NCBI GenBank assembly: GCA_017438945.1
Contig: JAFRUI010000013.1
Location: forward strand, 29,611-93,610
Length of the DNA stretch: 64,000 bases
Source of the DNA: Bacteroidales bacterium
Lineage (GTDB): Bacteria > Bacteroidota > Bacteroidia > Bacteroidales > WCHB1-69
Direction: 5' to 3'
Made by a program: the position numbers and the translations under genes. Under the pieces are notes generated by a model, which saw only the letters and a list, made by a program, of their open reading frames with translations, was not told the origin of the DNA and made no database searches. Positions 19,201-26,087 of the stretch are shown here, piece by piece. Each line of letters opens with the position of its first letter. Position 1 is the first letter of the stretch.

Positions 19201-21437
19201 TCTACTCCTCCTATATCGTCGCTCCTTATCCGTTTATTTTCCCCAATGGATATTACAGCTCACCGGGTTCGCTCTATTTCCAACCCAGCAACGGCCACAA
19301 CGTCGCCATCACGCCCGAATTTGACTCGTCTATCCCGATGAACACTTTGCAGGCATCGTTCAAGTTCAAAGCCAACACGACAGCCCCCAACTCCATTTTG
19401 GTGGTGGGTGTGATGACCGATCCTAACGACTTTGCCACGTTCACGCCTGTTGACACGGTCTTCCCGAATCCTTACGCACTGACATCTTGGATTGACAGGA
19501 CCGTTAGTTTGGCCTCCTATACCGGCAACGGTCACTACCTCGCCTTCATGCAGGAGAACTTCTCCAATCCACTCACACCGGTCAGTATGGACAATCTGAC
19601 GGTGGAATACCTCTCCGCTTGTCCGCTGCCCACGAATGTGACCGCTGAACCCATCACCCACGACAGCGTGTGGGTGGATTGGCAACCCGGCGGGTCGGAG
19701 ACCGCTTGGCGCGTGGTGGTCGTCCCCAACGGCAATACACCGGAGAGCGGTACACCTGTGCAGACGGGAACCCATCCGATCGTTATTGGCGGCTTGGCCG
19801 ACAACACGATGTACGATGTCTTCGTACAGTCCGATTGCGGCAGCTCGAGCAGCTCGTGGTGTACACCCACCACTTTCATGACGACTTGCGCCCCCGTGGT
19901 GGATCTGCCCTACTCGGAGAATTTCGACGACTACCCGTGGATGAGCACCTATATTGTGAGACCTGACTGTTGGATTTTCCCCGTCACCTACGCCGAATGT
20001 CCTAGAATTGACTGGAACACCTACGGTTATTACGGTATGGAGAGCAAAGCCCTGCTCTTCCATTCCGATACATCAATGGCTGCCACCGCCGTCACCCAGC
20101 CATTCGGGGTGGACATCCACTCGCTGCGCGCTCAGTTCCGATTGTCTGCTGACCACGAATATATCGCCGGCTGTATGGAAGTGGGTGTGATGAGCGACCC
20201 GTACGACCTTTCTACCTTCGAATCCGTACAGGTTATTTCCATCGCCCATTTTGATACCTGGCAGGATGTCACGGTGGATTTCCGCAACACGGCGATGACG
20301 GGCACCAACCGCCATATCGCCTTCCGACAGGTGGGATTACACTCCTCTAATATGGCTATGTGGCTTGACGATCTGATTGTCTATCAAGCAGATGAGTGCG
20401 ATGCGCCCTCCGCTTTGACTGCCCACGACCTCACCTCCACCTCGGCTACCATCTCGTTCGAGCCCTCGCAAAGTAGTGCTTCACAATGGGAATACGTGGC
20501 CTGCGCCCCGGGAGTTTCTCCCAGCACCCAAACACCAGTCTCCACTGCCAATACTTCGTTTATCGTGGACAACCTAAATCCTGGACAAACGTACCGCATT
20601 TACGTGCGGACCATCTGTGGCTCGAACAGCCATTCGGGATGGTCAGAGCCACTGGAGATCACCCCAGATTGTGGCATTATCAGCCAATTACCCTACACGG
20701 AAACGTTCGACACTTACGGAACAGACAGCGAGACGGCCTTCCCCGATTGTTGGCGGCGCATTCTGACCCCGGCATCCTACTCCTACTACCCCATCGTTTC
20801 GTCCGAAGTTTCCGCCAGCGGTGTCGGGTCGATGCTCTTCCTCGCCAACTCCTTCAGCGACGACTGGGCCATCACCTCGGCATTCGCCCCGAATCTCTCC
20901 TTCGACAGCATCCAACTGGATTTCAGCTACTTCCAGGAAGCTGGTGCGATTCCGGGTTGGGACACGATGTTCATCGGCGTGATGAGCAGTCCTTACAATG
21001 CCGCCTCCTTCGTGCCGGTCGATACCATCACCCTCCAGAGCTGGGGCGTGTGGGAACCGCATTCCGTGCTCCTTGACCGCTACAACGGCGACGGACGGTA
21101 TGTGGCGTTCCGCTACCACTGCCCCGCCTATTTAGGCAAGGTGTTCATCGACGACGTGGTGTTCTCCGTAAGACCTGATGTCGGGGTTTCCGAGCGTGAC
21201 ATCGACCAACTCTTGCACCTCTACCCCAACCCCACGACAGGCAAATGCATCGTCCGTAACGAGCAAAACCTCATCGAGCAGTTGGAGGTATATGACATGT
21301 ATGGAAAACGGTTAGAGCAGCATTTTGTGCGTGATTACCAAACCGATATCGACCTTTCCGCCCGTGCCTCCGGTGTCTATTTCGTGCGTGTGACCACCGA
21401 ACAGGGCACCGTCACCAAACGGGTGGTGAAACGGTAA
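10284..21437 (+). CDS. T9SS-secreted giant surface protein (3717 aa): N-terminal domain, 10 tandem FN3-plus-beta-sandwich modules, 3 divergent modules, type A sorting domain
   Basis: Signal peptide MKNLISLFVILATLVAGLNAQ. Ten units each carry LPY.CGFE/DFE, W.IG.A, WAYRD(I/V)YF, G.QR(I/L)YF.W and NPPAA.DN. Three later units carry GVM(T/S)DP...F.PVDT. C-terminus is YPNPTTGKCIV...GVYFVRVTTEQGTVTKRVVKR. Confidence 0.9.
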   Translation: MKNLISLFVILATLVAGLNAQTLTVANDPNGVAMQDRYIPVYGYYMDAAQRSQTIYPNTMLTAMTGKYITELTYYFATAPNGTWGGTQTVKIGVTAASDLANGFVASPATLVWTGTLSANISNNQMHIVLDQPFLYSGGNLLIEIENPTAATWKDSYFAGQSQSDQLSYMTWSNYGTPQTHAANFLPRLTFAYSSTPGCATPNNLVSSVNGDSALLTWSPSPYSTVSSYTVGYKSSLDTAYTDVTTTDTFLTISNLIPNTDIQWRVRANCGDSEQSSWKAASLHVPQVIGNLPYHCGFEDLVENQQWMLQNGSYPNKWCIGEATHISGSHALYISNNNGASNQYSTGNSSSTSTVWAYRDIYFDTTYNEYDISLDVKGMGQIDAGFMRMYLGSPATPSGMSVPGNAIQMRTFYFIENWQHFHFVVDSTHRGLQRIYFVWNNGSTVGVNPPAAFDNLTVTGVNIPAPTGLTATDITTSSATLSWNGSASSSYTLSYRIASDTVSTEVTVSDTFFVATGLDVSQTYLWKVKVNTGTGSAWSGESSFKTLANIAQVPYQCDFEDNLENQQWQLVNGNYPNRWFIGSAVNHGGEKALFVSDNNGVSYSYNTNVSYIWAYRDIDFDTIYAGHRLSFDCKNHTFYSSSYHGTFRVYIGDPVVPNGGYIPAGAVQLGSDIYNQNNWTRPTFLLDSTYRGVKRLYFYWHTPGSYSRVNPPAAVDNVTIESFTCATPEGLAAQPDSTYAVLTWNAPVFGTASSYTLAYKTLSDLEYTEVTVTDTFYLLTGLTASTEYEWKVRAHCSANDESDWSESVSFITAPLLAQLPYFCGFEDALENQQWRFVRLADEGWFIGTATAHTGEHSLYNSNDGGTSYAVNQADYGSNVHEFWAYRDVNFTPGYADYQISFDYKGIENAWSNLVLFIGNTGVSEPATYTYTPAGTLFSQYLSAQDTAWHHFSLTIDSTYQGVKRIYFHFSNSYDPCEAPAAIDNLTITGNACQSVRNLQTLSISDTFAILAWNPVEAENYTVAYKTADETGFTEVQTSDTTLQLNGLLPSTTYEWKVRAHCSDSTESYWSEPLTFTTIQLLSHLPYFCDFENADENAHWETTVINGNNQWFIGNAANNGGTSSIYISQDNGLTNTFDINSTSQAGAYRDIYFDPEYKEYLLSFDVRCQGGALSMAAILIGSSTDFDNDAVQLGGEIYGLPEWTHYEVILDSTFAGNRRLYLNWNNIYWSSFNPGENPPAAFDNISISGVSCSKPVALAMSDIGLHTATVSWSSGNAGTAASYTVSYRKNTDTAYAEVTVSDTTLQLTELQSGSHYFWKVRANCQEGETGDWSAEKEFYTFAELPYSCGFETAEESDLWVSHYQATYDNVAVYENRWSVGEATHSTGTSAMYISSDNGLSNTYSFDYGCTAWTTLSLYLDPAYPEYQISFDFKGVGEQGQDYMRVYCGDPTYTSDQSSFPNNVEQIGGDFNLTEDWTTFTFTLDSTHTGYKQLYFSWTNNYYDGVNPPAAVDNIIIIGNSCGIPTNMTQQIADSTAMLKWSANIGEPESYILAYKKTSDSVFTEINTTDTSLLLTALLPETDYVWKVRAVCDDDSQSFWSNTLGFTTTQPLNHLPYLCSFDDAEENGQWTMVNGDAENQWVIGNATGYGDNSALYISNDNGTTNAYDVYSAASVWAYRDVYFDENFQAYQLSFDYKSMGQNTADYMQVFVGTPAAPSGTAIPSGAVQLGGQFSYINNWAHYSFLVDSTHVGAQRIYFLWVNNNSTGVQPPAAVDNLAILGLTCVTPSEPVVTDMTDNTVTLSWSPNPVGTAASYTVSVRQAESTTTTEYTTTDTFLTVSGLTPSAAYFCKVRANCSANDHSGWTSDLSVQMPAVLPYVCDFEDANERNAWQTVNGNYINQWYIGNAVNNGGDYSIYISNDGGVSYAFSQSYSTANFSYVWAYRDIYFDPSDSVYTLSFDFRGVGGTDWRYLSYANVYIGTPTIPNGSTVPDDLTALETGLCGMSAWTTKTYTLDHTYSGLQRLYFFWSNTGYYVANPPAAIDNINIEGTPCTNVPSELTAQVMDTLANLLWSMPNGSAESYTVAYKLQYDTAFTYITVQDEHLTIGNLSPLTTYVWKVRANCTATDHSQWSAESTFQTPAITARLPYVCDFEDADENSRWTFVNGSYANKWHIGNAVNNGGNSSLYVSNDNGATNTYTTNYSMIWAYRDVYLDPSYTDYVISFDCRAFGELYNNNPVDYAKVFLGPPTTPTVTPVSSNIIVPDGATQMGDVIYLDSTWHNVTINLDTAFTGLQRIYILWRSDVSWGTNPPAAFDNISITPEGCGIPRHLTANQVSENDAVLSWTAVYQANSYTVAYRRQSDNTYSYVTANSTQVTLTNLQPKTNYIAKVRTNCDTMQGVWSNEFQFSTTTLPYFCGFEEADENVCWILDDGMNNHKWYIGHAVHCDGDSALYVSNNNGASNTFSDNVNAQTWAYRDIYFDPQYSEYLMEFDIRSYGYPGASVDYVRVFLGPPATPSGSYTPANAEVIGDFYGMTNWNHYRFVIDGSHAGMQRLYFLWRQQVAGTNNPLAGAVDNISIVGSPCSIPTELTVSDLADVTAVVSWSPGACGITNDYTVGYRMSSDTGWYELSTTDTFLLLQNLQSSTQYTWRVRKSCVPSFASQWSDVSTFFTEATEAQLPYFCGFEESDENRDWRLLGVGDNRWYIGQAAQQAGQYALYVSNDNGATNAYDVYGSASNSWAYRDIYFTPGYAEYQIAFDFRGLGQSGDDRTRIFLGPPVPVEPNATYSITIPSELEELGNGLYTDAAWTSHSFTVDSTHAGHQRLYFLWSNGYYEGTNPPGAVDNIMIYGGSCAAPHTLTVTATSTTSISISFTPADTSDHNWEAVIVEDGQPIDTTQLIALTSTAYTFNNLHKDRLYTIYVRTDCGNSKSAWCSTSQRTDCGTITDIPYVESFDTYGTGSNLDGYSAFPRCWSRLYSSYIVAPYPFIFPNGYYSSPGSLYFQPSNGHNVAITPEFDSSIPMNTLQASFKFKANTTAPNSILVVGVMTDPNDFATFTPVDTVFPNPYALTSWIDRTVSLASYTGNGHYLAFMQENFSNPLTPVSMDNLTVEYLSACPLPTNVTAEPITHDSVWVDWQPGGSETAWRVVVVPNGNTPESGTPVQTGTHPIVIGGLADNTMYDVFVQSDCGSSSSSWCTPTTFMTTCAPVVDLPYSENFDDYPWMSTYIVRPDCWIFPVTYAECPRIDWNTYGYYGMESKALLFHSDTSMAATAVTQPFGVDIHSLRAQFRLSADHEYIAGCMEVGVMSDPYDLSTFESVQVISIAHFDTWQDVTVDFRNTAMTGTNRHIAFRQVGLHSSNMAMWLDDLIVYQADECDAPSALTAHDLTSTSATISFEPSQSSASQWEYVACAPGVSPSTQTPVSTANTSFIVDNLNPGQTYRIYVRTICGSNSHSGWSEPLEITPDCGIISQLPYTETFDTYGTDSETAFPDCWRRILTPASYSYYPIVSSEVSASGVGSMLFLANSFSDDWAITSAFAPNLSFDSIQLDFSYFQEAGAIPGWDTMFIGVMSSPYNAASFVPVDTITLQSWGVWEPHSVLLDRYNGDGRYVAFRYHCPAYLGKVFIDDVVFSVRPDVGVSERDIDQLLHLYPNPTTGKCIVRNEQNLIEQLEVYDMYGKRLEQHFVRDYQTDIDLSARASGVYFVRVTTEQGTVTKRVVKR
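10878..18835 (+). repeat. Protein-level tandem array of ten ~265-290 aa modules (FN3 plus ~190-aa domain) inside the 3717-aa gene
   Basis: The module-closing motif occurs ten times: NPPAAFDNLTV, NPPAAVDNVTI, EAPAAIDNLTI, NPPAAFDNISI, NPPAAVDNIII, QPPAAVDNLAI, NPPAAIDNINI, NPPAAFDNISI, PLAGAVDNISI, NPPGAVDNIMI. The units are diverged, not near-identical at DNA level. Boundaries are approximate. Confidence 0.8.
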
Positions 21438-21470
21438 TAAGCTGATAAATTTGTAGGTTTCCCCATTTTG

Positions 21471-21504
21471 TAGGGACGCGATGAATCGCGCCCCTATATT
21501 TTTT
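21471..21504 (+). terminator. Intrinsic terminator hairpin plus T-run after the 3717-aa gene (GTAG-hairpin family)
   Basis: TAGGGACGCGATgaATCGCGCCCCTA forms a ~10-12 bp stem with 1 mismatch, followed by tattttttacg. It lies 34 nt after the stop. Confidence 0.75.
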
Positions 21505-21541
21505 ACGCACCTCCACCACAGATAACCATAATCATTCAACA

Positions 21542-21606
21542 GCTTCAATAACCCATAACCATTAACCCTCAATGTCAATGTCAATAACCTATAACCACTA
21601 ACCATT
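21542..21606 (+). repeat. GCTTCAATAACCCATAACC... heptamer-word element, copy E1, upstream of murG
   Basis: gcttcaataacccataaccattaaccctcaatgtcaatgtcaataacctataaccactaaccatt. The first 20 nt equal the reverse complement of 30318-30337. Confidence 0.9.
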
Positions 21607-21614
21607 AAAAAATG

Positions 21615-21622
21615 TATTTTTG
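21615..21622 (+). promoter_or_regulatory. -7 promoter box (TATTTTTG) for murG
   Basis: aaaaaatgTATTTTTGcggcg, 21 nt upstream of ATG 21643. Confidence 0.6.
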
Positions 21623-21642
21623 CGGCGCAAAACCAAACCGTT

Positions 21643-22749
21643 ATGGAAAAGAGATACATTATCAGCGGCGGCGGCACCGGCGGGCACATATTCCCCGCGT
21701 TAGCCATCGCCAACAAGATCAAAGCGGAGAATCCCGAAGCCAAAATCCTCTTCATCGGGGCGAGTGACAAAATGGAGATGCGACGAGTGCCAGAAGCTGG
21801 CTATCCCATTGAAGGACTGGAGATTTACGGCATCCACCGCGACATGTCTCTCAGCGGTGTGATGTGCAATCTGCGCCTGCCCGTGGTGATGATGAAGGCC
21901 ATGCGCAAGGCCAAGAAGATCATGCGAGAGTTCAAGCCCGACCTGGCCATCGGCGTCGGCGGGTTCGCCAGCGGTCCCGCTCTGAAGGCCGCCTCACAGC
22001 TCGGAATCCCCACGCTTTTGCAAGAACAGAACTCCTATCCCGGCGTCACCAACAAGATGCTGGCCAAAAACGCCAAGGCCATCTGTGTGGCCTACGACGG
22101 CCTCGACCGCTTCTTCCCGCCCGAGAAAATCATCAAAACAGGCAATCCCATCCGCAAGGAAATCTTGCAATTAGTGCGCAAATCACCAGCGGCGTATGAA
22201 TATTTCAACTTCTCACCCGACAAGAAAACCGTGCTGGTAGTGGGCGGTAGTCTAGGCGCACGCACCTTCAACCAAACCATGGCCGCCAATCTGGACGCTT
22301 TCCGAAAAGCCGACCTGCAACTGCTTTGGCAAACCGGTGAACAGTTCTACAAGAACATTGACCCCGAACTGCTGAAACAGCAGGACGAACACATCCATAT
22401 TGTGCCGTTCATCAAGAACATGAACGACGCCTACAGCATGGCTGATGTCATCATCTCCCGCGCCGGCGCGTTGGCATTGGCGGAACTGGCCATCGTGGGA
22501 GCTCCAACCATCCTCGTGCCGTTCCCCTACGCCGCCGAAGACCACCAGACTTTCAACGCCAAGGCCCTATCCACCAAAGACGCCGCGCTCTTCATCCCTG
22601 ACAGCGAAGCCAAAGAGAAGCTGATTCCCACACTGTTACAATTGGTCAACGACCCGCACCGGATGGAAACCCTCGGCACAAACATCAAAACTTTCGCCCT
22701 GCCGAACGCCATCGACTTGATTTACGACGAAATCCTGAAATTATCTTAA
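21643..22749 (+). CDS. murG: UDP-N-acetylglucosamine--N-acetylmuramyl-(pentapeptide) pyrophosphoryl-undecaprenol GlcNAc transferase
   Basis: 368 aa. N-terminal ISGGGTGGHIFPALAIA G-loop. C-terminal SRAGALALAELAIVGAPTILVPFPYAAEDHQTFNA motif. Confidence 0.9.
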   Translation: MEKRYIISGGGTGGHIFPALAIANKIKAENPEAKILFIGASDKMEMRRVPEAGYPIEGLEIYGIHRDMSLSGVMCNLRLPVVMMKAMRKAKKIMREFKPDLAIGVGGFASGPALKAASQLGIPTLLQEQNSYPGVTNKMLAKNAKAICVAYDGLDRFFPPEKIIKTGNPIRKEILQLVRKSPAAYEYFNFSPDKKTVLVVGGSLGARTFNQTMAANLDAFRKADLQLLWQTGEQFYKNIDPELLKQQDEHIHIVPFIKNMNDAYSMADVIISRAGALALAELAIVGAPTILVPFPYAAEDHQTFNAKALSTKDAALFIPDSEAKEKLIPTLLQLVNDPHRMETLGTNIKTFALPNAIDLIYDEILKLS

Positions 22750-22785
22750 CGTACAATTTGAACCTTGAACCATAAACCAACTATC

Positions 22786-23277
22786 ATGAACGGAGATCCA
22801 AGATTATACCAACTGTTGGACGAACTGCATATCCCCTACGAATATCTGGAGCATCCGCCCGCCCCGACCATCGAGATTGCCAAGCAATACTGGGCTGGGC
22901 ACGACGCCAAACACTGCAAGAACCTCTTCTTCCGCAACCACAAGGGCAACCAGCACTATCTGGTCTGCCTCGACTGCGACCAGGACATGAACATCCACGA
23001 CATCGAGAAACAGCTGCATCAGGGCAAGCTGAGCTTCGCCTCGGAACCGCGATTGATGAAATATTTGGGCGTGACTCCTGGCTCCGTGACCCCTTTCGGA
23101 CTCATCAACGACACGGAGCACCATGTGCATGTGTTCCTTGACCGTCAGCTGCAGCAGGCGGAGCGCGTGAGTTTCCACCCGTGCATCAACACCGCCTCGC
23201 TCATGGTGGCGCGCGCGGATTTTGAGCGTTTCCTGCAGTATATGGGGAATCCGTACGAGTGGATCGATTTATATTAG
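22786..23277 (+). CDS. YbaK/ProX-type aminoacyl-tRNA editing (prolyl-tRNA synthetase-associated) domain protein
   Basis: HCKNLFFRN.KG.QHYLV, LGVTPGSVTPFGLIND and VSFHPC.NTASL motifs. The track start at 22765 is a TTG; the first ATG is at 22786. Confidence 0.65.
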   Translation: MNGDPRLYQLLDELHIPYEYLEHPPAPTIEIAKQYWAGHDAKHCKNLFFRNHKGNQHYLVCLDCDQDMNIHDIEKQLHQGKLSFASEPRLMKYLGVTPGSVTPFGLINDTEHHVHVFLDRQLQQAERVSFHPCINTASLMVARADFERFLQYMGNPYEWIDLY

Positions 23278-23337
23278 CTTTTGGCTGTTGGCTGTTAGCT
23301 ATTGGCACTTCGCTAATTCTTTGATTGAAAAATTGTT

Positions 23338-24387
23338 ATGTTGAATTGTAGAGCATTAATATCCCAATTAGAGGAAACGCAAATTCTCAGCAAGGAGGAG
23401 TTTGCCTTTTTGATCGCGCAGCATTCCGAGGAGGACGCGCAGTTTCTGTTTGAGCGGGCACGGACGGTGCGGGAACGCGTTTTCGGAAAGTCCGTCTATT
23501 TGCGCGGGTTGATAGAAATCTCGAACTACTGCGCCAACGACTGCTACTATTGCGGTATCCGGCGGAGCAACGAAACGGCAGAACGCTACCGTCTTACCGA
23601 AGAAGACATCCTCGCTTGTTGTGACGAAGGTTATCAGCTGGGGTTCAGGACGTTCGTGATGCAGGGCGGCGAAGACGCGCATTTTACCGATGAAGTGTTG
23701 GTCCGGTTGATTGGCAACATCAAATCGCGTTATCCTGATTGTGCTGTCACCCTGTCGTTAGGCGAGCGTGCAAAGGAGCGTTACCAAAAGCTCTTTGACG
23801 CGGGTGCAGACCGCTATCTGCTTCGCCATGAGACAGCTAACGCGCAGCATTACGCGCAACTGCACCCCGCGTGGATGTCGCACGCGAGGAGAATCCAATG
23901 TCTGTGGGATTTGAAGGAGATCGGCTATCAGGTGGGAACGGGTTTCATGGTGGGCACTCCCTTCCAAACGCCCGAACTGTTAGCGGAGGACATGCTCTTC
24001 ATCAAGGAGTTGCAGCCGCAGATGGTGGGAATCGGGCCGTTTGTGCCGCACCACGCCACGCCGTTCGCCAACGAGCAAGGCGGCACTGTGGAGCAGACTC
24101 TCTTCATGCTCGGCCTTTTGCGACTGATGATGCCGCAATTGCTTCTGCCTTCCACCACCGCATTGGGCACTATCGACAAAACCGGTCGCGAGAAAGGGCT
24201 GTTGGCCGGTGCCAACGTGGTGATGCCGAATCTTTCGCCGGTATCCGTACGCAAAAAATACGACTTGTACGACAATAAAATCTGCACAGGGGACGAATCG
24301 GCGCAATGCGTCAACTGCCTGGGTGTCAGAATCGCTTCAACCGGCTACAAGATTGACGTGAACCGCGGCGATGCACCGGGGTGGTAA
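23338..24387 (+). CDS. hydE: Radical SAM protein of the HydE family ([FeFe]-hydrogenase maturase E-like)
   Basis: 349 aa. CANDCYYCGIRRSN is the CX3CX2C radical-SAM cluster motif. RYRLTEEDILACCDEGYQLGFRTFVMQGGED is family-typical. C-terminal CTGDESAQCVNC (C-X7-C-X2-C) is an auxiliary cluster motif as in HydE. Confidence 0.65.
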   Translation: MLNCRALISQLEETQILSKEEFAFLIAQHSEEDAQFLFERARTVRERVFGKSVYLRGLIEISNYCANDCYYCGIRRSNETAERYRLTEEDILACCDEGYQLGFRTFVMQGGEDAHFTDEVLVRLIGNIKSRYPDCAVTLSLGERAKERYQKLFDAGADRYLLRHETANAQHYAQLHPAWMSHARRIQCLWDLKEIGYQVGTGFMVGTPFQTPELLAEDMLFIKELQPQMVGIGPFVPHHATPFANEQGGTVEQTLFMLGLLRLMMPQLLLPSTTALGTIDKTGREKGLLAGANVVMPNLSPVSVRKKYDLYDNKICTGDESAQCVNCLGVRIASTGYKIDVNRGDAPGW

Positions 24388-24389
24388 TC

Positions 24390-25016
24390 TCAGAAACTTG
24401 CCACCGCTTTCCTTTTATTGCTTGGACGACTTTTCTTCGTCTTCATAACAGAAACAGCTGTGTTATGGCGATCATGCTGTAAGATCCTCACGTCTGTCCG
24501 TAAATTGGCAATGTCTTTTCGAAGTTCTTCTGTGTTCCGATCCAGCTTTTCAGAAAGGTTTTCTATTTTCCGGTCAAACTTCTTATCCATACTCTCAAAC
24601 CGATCATCCATTTTCTCGAACCGCTCGTCCATCTTCTGTTCTAATTTTTCAAACCGCTCGTCCACTTTCTCGAACCGCTCGTCCATCTTCTGTTCTAATT
24701 TTTCAAACCGCTCGTCCACTTTCTCGAACCGCTCGTCCATCTTCTGTTCTAATTTTTCAAACCGCTCGTCCACTTTCTCGAACCGCTTGTCCACTTTTCT
24801 GAATCCATCGCGCATATCAGCGGACAATTGGTCAATTCTTTTAAGAATCTCTTTATGGCCCTCTTCCAGATGTTTTTGGGAAAGGTCAAGCCGGGTCACT
24901 TTTCTTGCGAACCGAAAGAGAAGCCAAGCAGCTATCAAAAGAAGACTGAAAATAGTAGAAAACATACCAATTGGACTTTCTGCTAAAATTTGCAACACTT
25001 CAATTATCTTATTCAT
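24390..25016 (-). CDS. N-terminally membrane-anchored coiled-coil protein with DERFEK tandem repeats
   Basis: 208 aa. One TM helix (MFSTIFSLLLIAAWLLF). It is followed by a charged heptad-like region containing FEKVDERFEKLEQKMDER x3. Confidence 0.6.
   Translation of the reverse strand: MNKIIEVLQILAESPIGMFSTIFSLLLIAAWLLFRFARKVTRLDLSQKHLEEGHKEILKRIDQLSADMRDGFRKVDKRFEKVDERFEKLEQKMDERFEKVDERFEKLEQKMDERFEKVDERFEKLEQKMDERFEKMDDRFESMDKKFDRKIENLSEKLDRNTEELRKDIANLRTDVRILQHDRHNTAVSVMKTKKSRPSNKRKAVASF
24613..24796. repeat. Perfect 54-bp tandem repeat, 3 identical copies plus a partial fourth, inside the coiled-coil gene
   Basis: Unit ttctcgaaccgctcgtccatcttctgttctaatttttcaaaccgctcgtccact occupies 24613-24666, 24667-24720 and 24721-24774 with 0 mismatches. 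A partial copy follows with a C>T change. Confidence 0.95.
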
Positions 25017-25104
25017 ACTCTGCTTTTTATGATTATTTAATTTTTGAATATTTTGTTAATTTTATTAATTTTTTGTATATTGATATTTCAGAATTATTTA
25101 AGTG

Positions 25105-25112
25105 CAAATATA
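25105..25112 (-). promoter_or_regulatory. -7 promoter box (TATATTTG on the minus strand) for the coiled-coil gene
   Basis: Plus strand reads caaatata. It lies 89 nt upstream of ATG 25016. Confidence 0.4.
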
Positions 25113-25148
25113 ATTTTTTTTTTGATTACAACACCTTCATAAAAAAAT

Positions 25149-25156
25149 TATTTTTG
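25149..25156 (+). promoter_or_regulatory. -7 promoter box (TATTTTTG) for mtgA
   Basis: aaaaatTATTTTTGccgcc, 44 nt upstream of ATG 25200. Confidence 0.55.
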
Positions 25157-25199
25157 CCGCCTCAAAAAAAAGAGGCATCAGCGTAAGATAAGAGGTGTT

Positions 25200-26045
25200 A
25201 TGGCAAAGAAATCGAAAGGAAGAAAGTTTTGGAAAACATTCGGGAAGATCATTCTCATTCTGTTTATTCTCAGCATATTATTGCCGATTTTGTATCGTTG
25301 GGTCAATCCGCCCGTGACGACATTCCAGTGTGTGCAAGCCATTAGCAACGGCACCGGAATCCACAAGAAATGGGTGCCGATTGAGAAAATCTCCCCTTAC
25401 ATGTACCGGGCGGCCATCGCCTCGGAGGACAATTACTTTCTCGGGCATCGCGGTTTTGACGTGATCGCCCTCAACACGGTGATGGAGGAACGTAAAAGCG
25501 GTCGCCGGCATCGTGGCGGCAGCACCATCTCGCAGCAAACGGCAAAAAACGTGTTCTGCTGGCCGAAAAGTTCATGGGTGCGCAAAGGCGTGGAAACCTA
25601 CTTCACCTTCCTGATTGAGACTTTCTGGTCGAAAGAGCGCATCATGGAGGTCTATCTGAACGTAATTGAGATGGGGCCGGGCATCTATGGTGCGGAAAAG
25701 GCGGCGCAAACTTACTTCCACTGCCACGCTTCGCAACTCACTGCGCATCAGGCGGCCTTAATCACAGCTTGTTACCCCAGTCCCCAAAAGCGGAATCCTG
25801 CCAAGCCGACATCTTATCTGCTCGGTCGCGCCGCCAACATCGAAGGGAAAATGGCCAGATACGGAACTCCCAAATTCACAGACGAATATATCTCTCACGT
25901 GCGCGAGCGTTATCTGAAGTCTGTGGAAAAGATGGAGAAAAGAAAAGGGAAGAAGAAAGGCAAAAGCAAAAAAGGCGTTTGGGATTTCATAAAGCACGAG
26001 ACAAAAAAAACAGCGGTAGATGCTACCGCTGTCCAAAACCATTAA
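25200..26045 (+). CDS. mtgA: Monofunctional biosynthetic peptidoglycan transglycosylase (GT51) with a Lys-rich C-terminal tail
   Basis: N-terminal TM helix. GT51 motifs RAAIASEDNYFLGHRGFD, GGSTISQQTAKNVF and KERIMEVYLNVIEMG. The tail is EKRKGKKKGKSKKG. Confidence 0.85.
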   Translation: MAKKSKGRKFWKTFGKIILILFILSILLPILYRWVNPPVTTFQCVQAISNGTGIHKKWVPIEKISPYMYRAAIASEDNYFLGHRGFDVIALNTVMEERKSGRRHRGGSTISQQTAKNVFCWPKSSWVRKGVETYFTFLIETFWSKERIMEVYLNVIEMGPGIYGAEKAAQTYFHCHASQLTAHQAALITACYPSPQKRNPAKPTSYLLGRAANIEGKMARYGTPKFTDEYISHVRERYLKSVEKMEKRKGKKKGKSKKGVWDFIKHETKKTAVDATAVQNH

Positions 26046-26087
26046 CCTATGTAAGACAATGAAAATTAATTCATAATCATTTTACTC

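Noticed and set aside
21312-21770. A 152-aa minus-strand ORF spanning the end of the 3717-aa gene, its terminator, the E1 repeat and the murG start.
   Set aside because: It reads through a terminator hairpin, a repeat array and a promoter, and it is antisense to two well-supported genes. It is spurious. The same reasoning applies to 28109-28318 (-), which overlaps tRNA-Ser.
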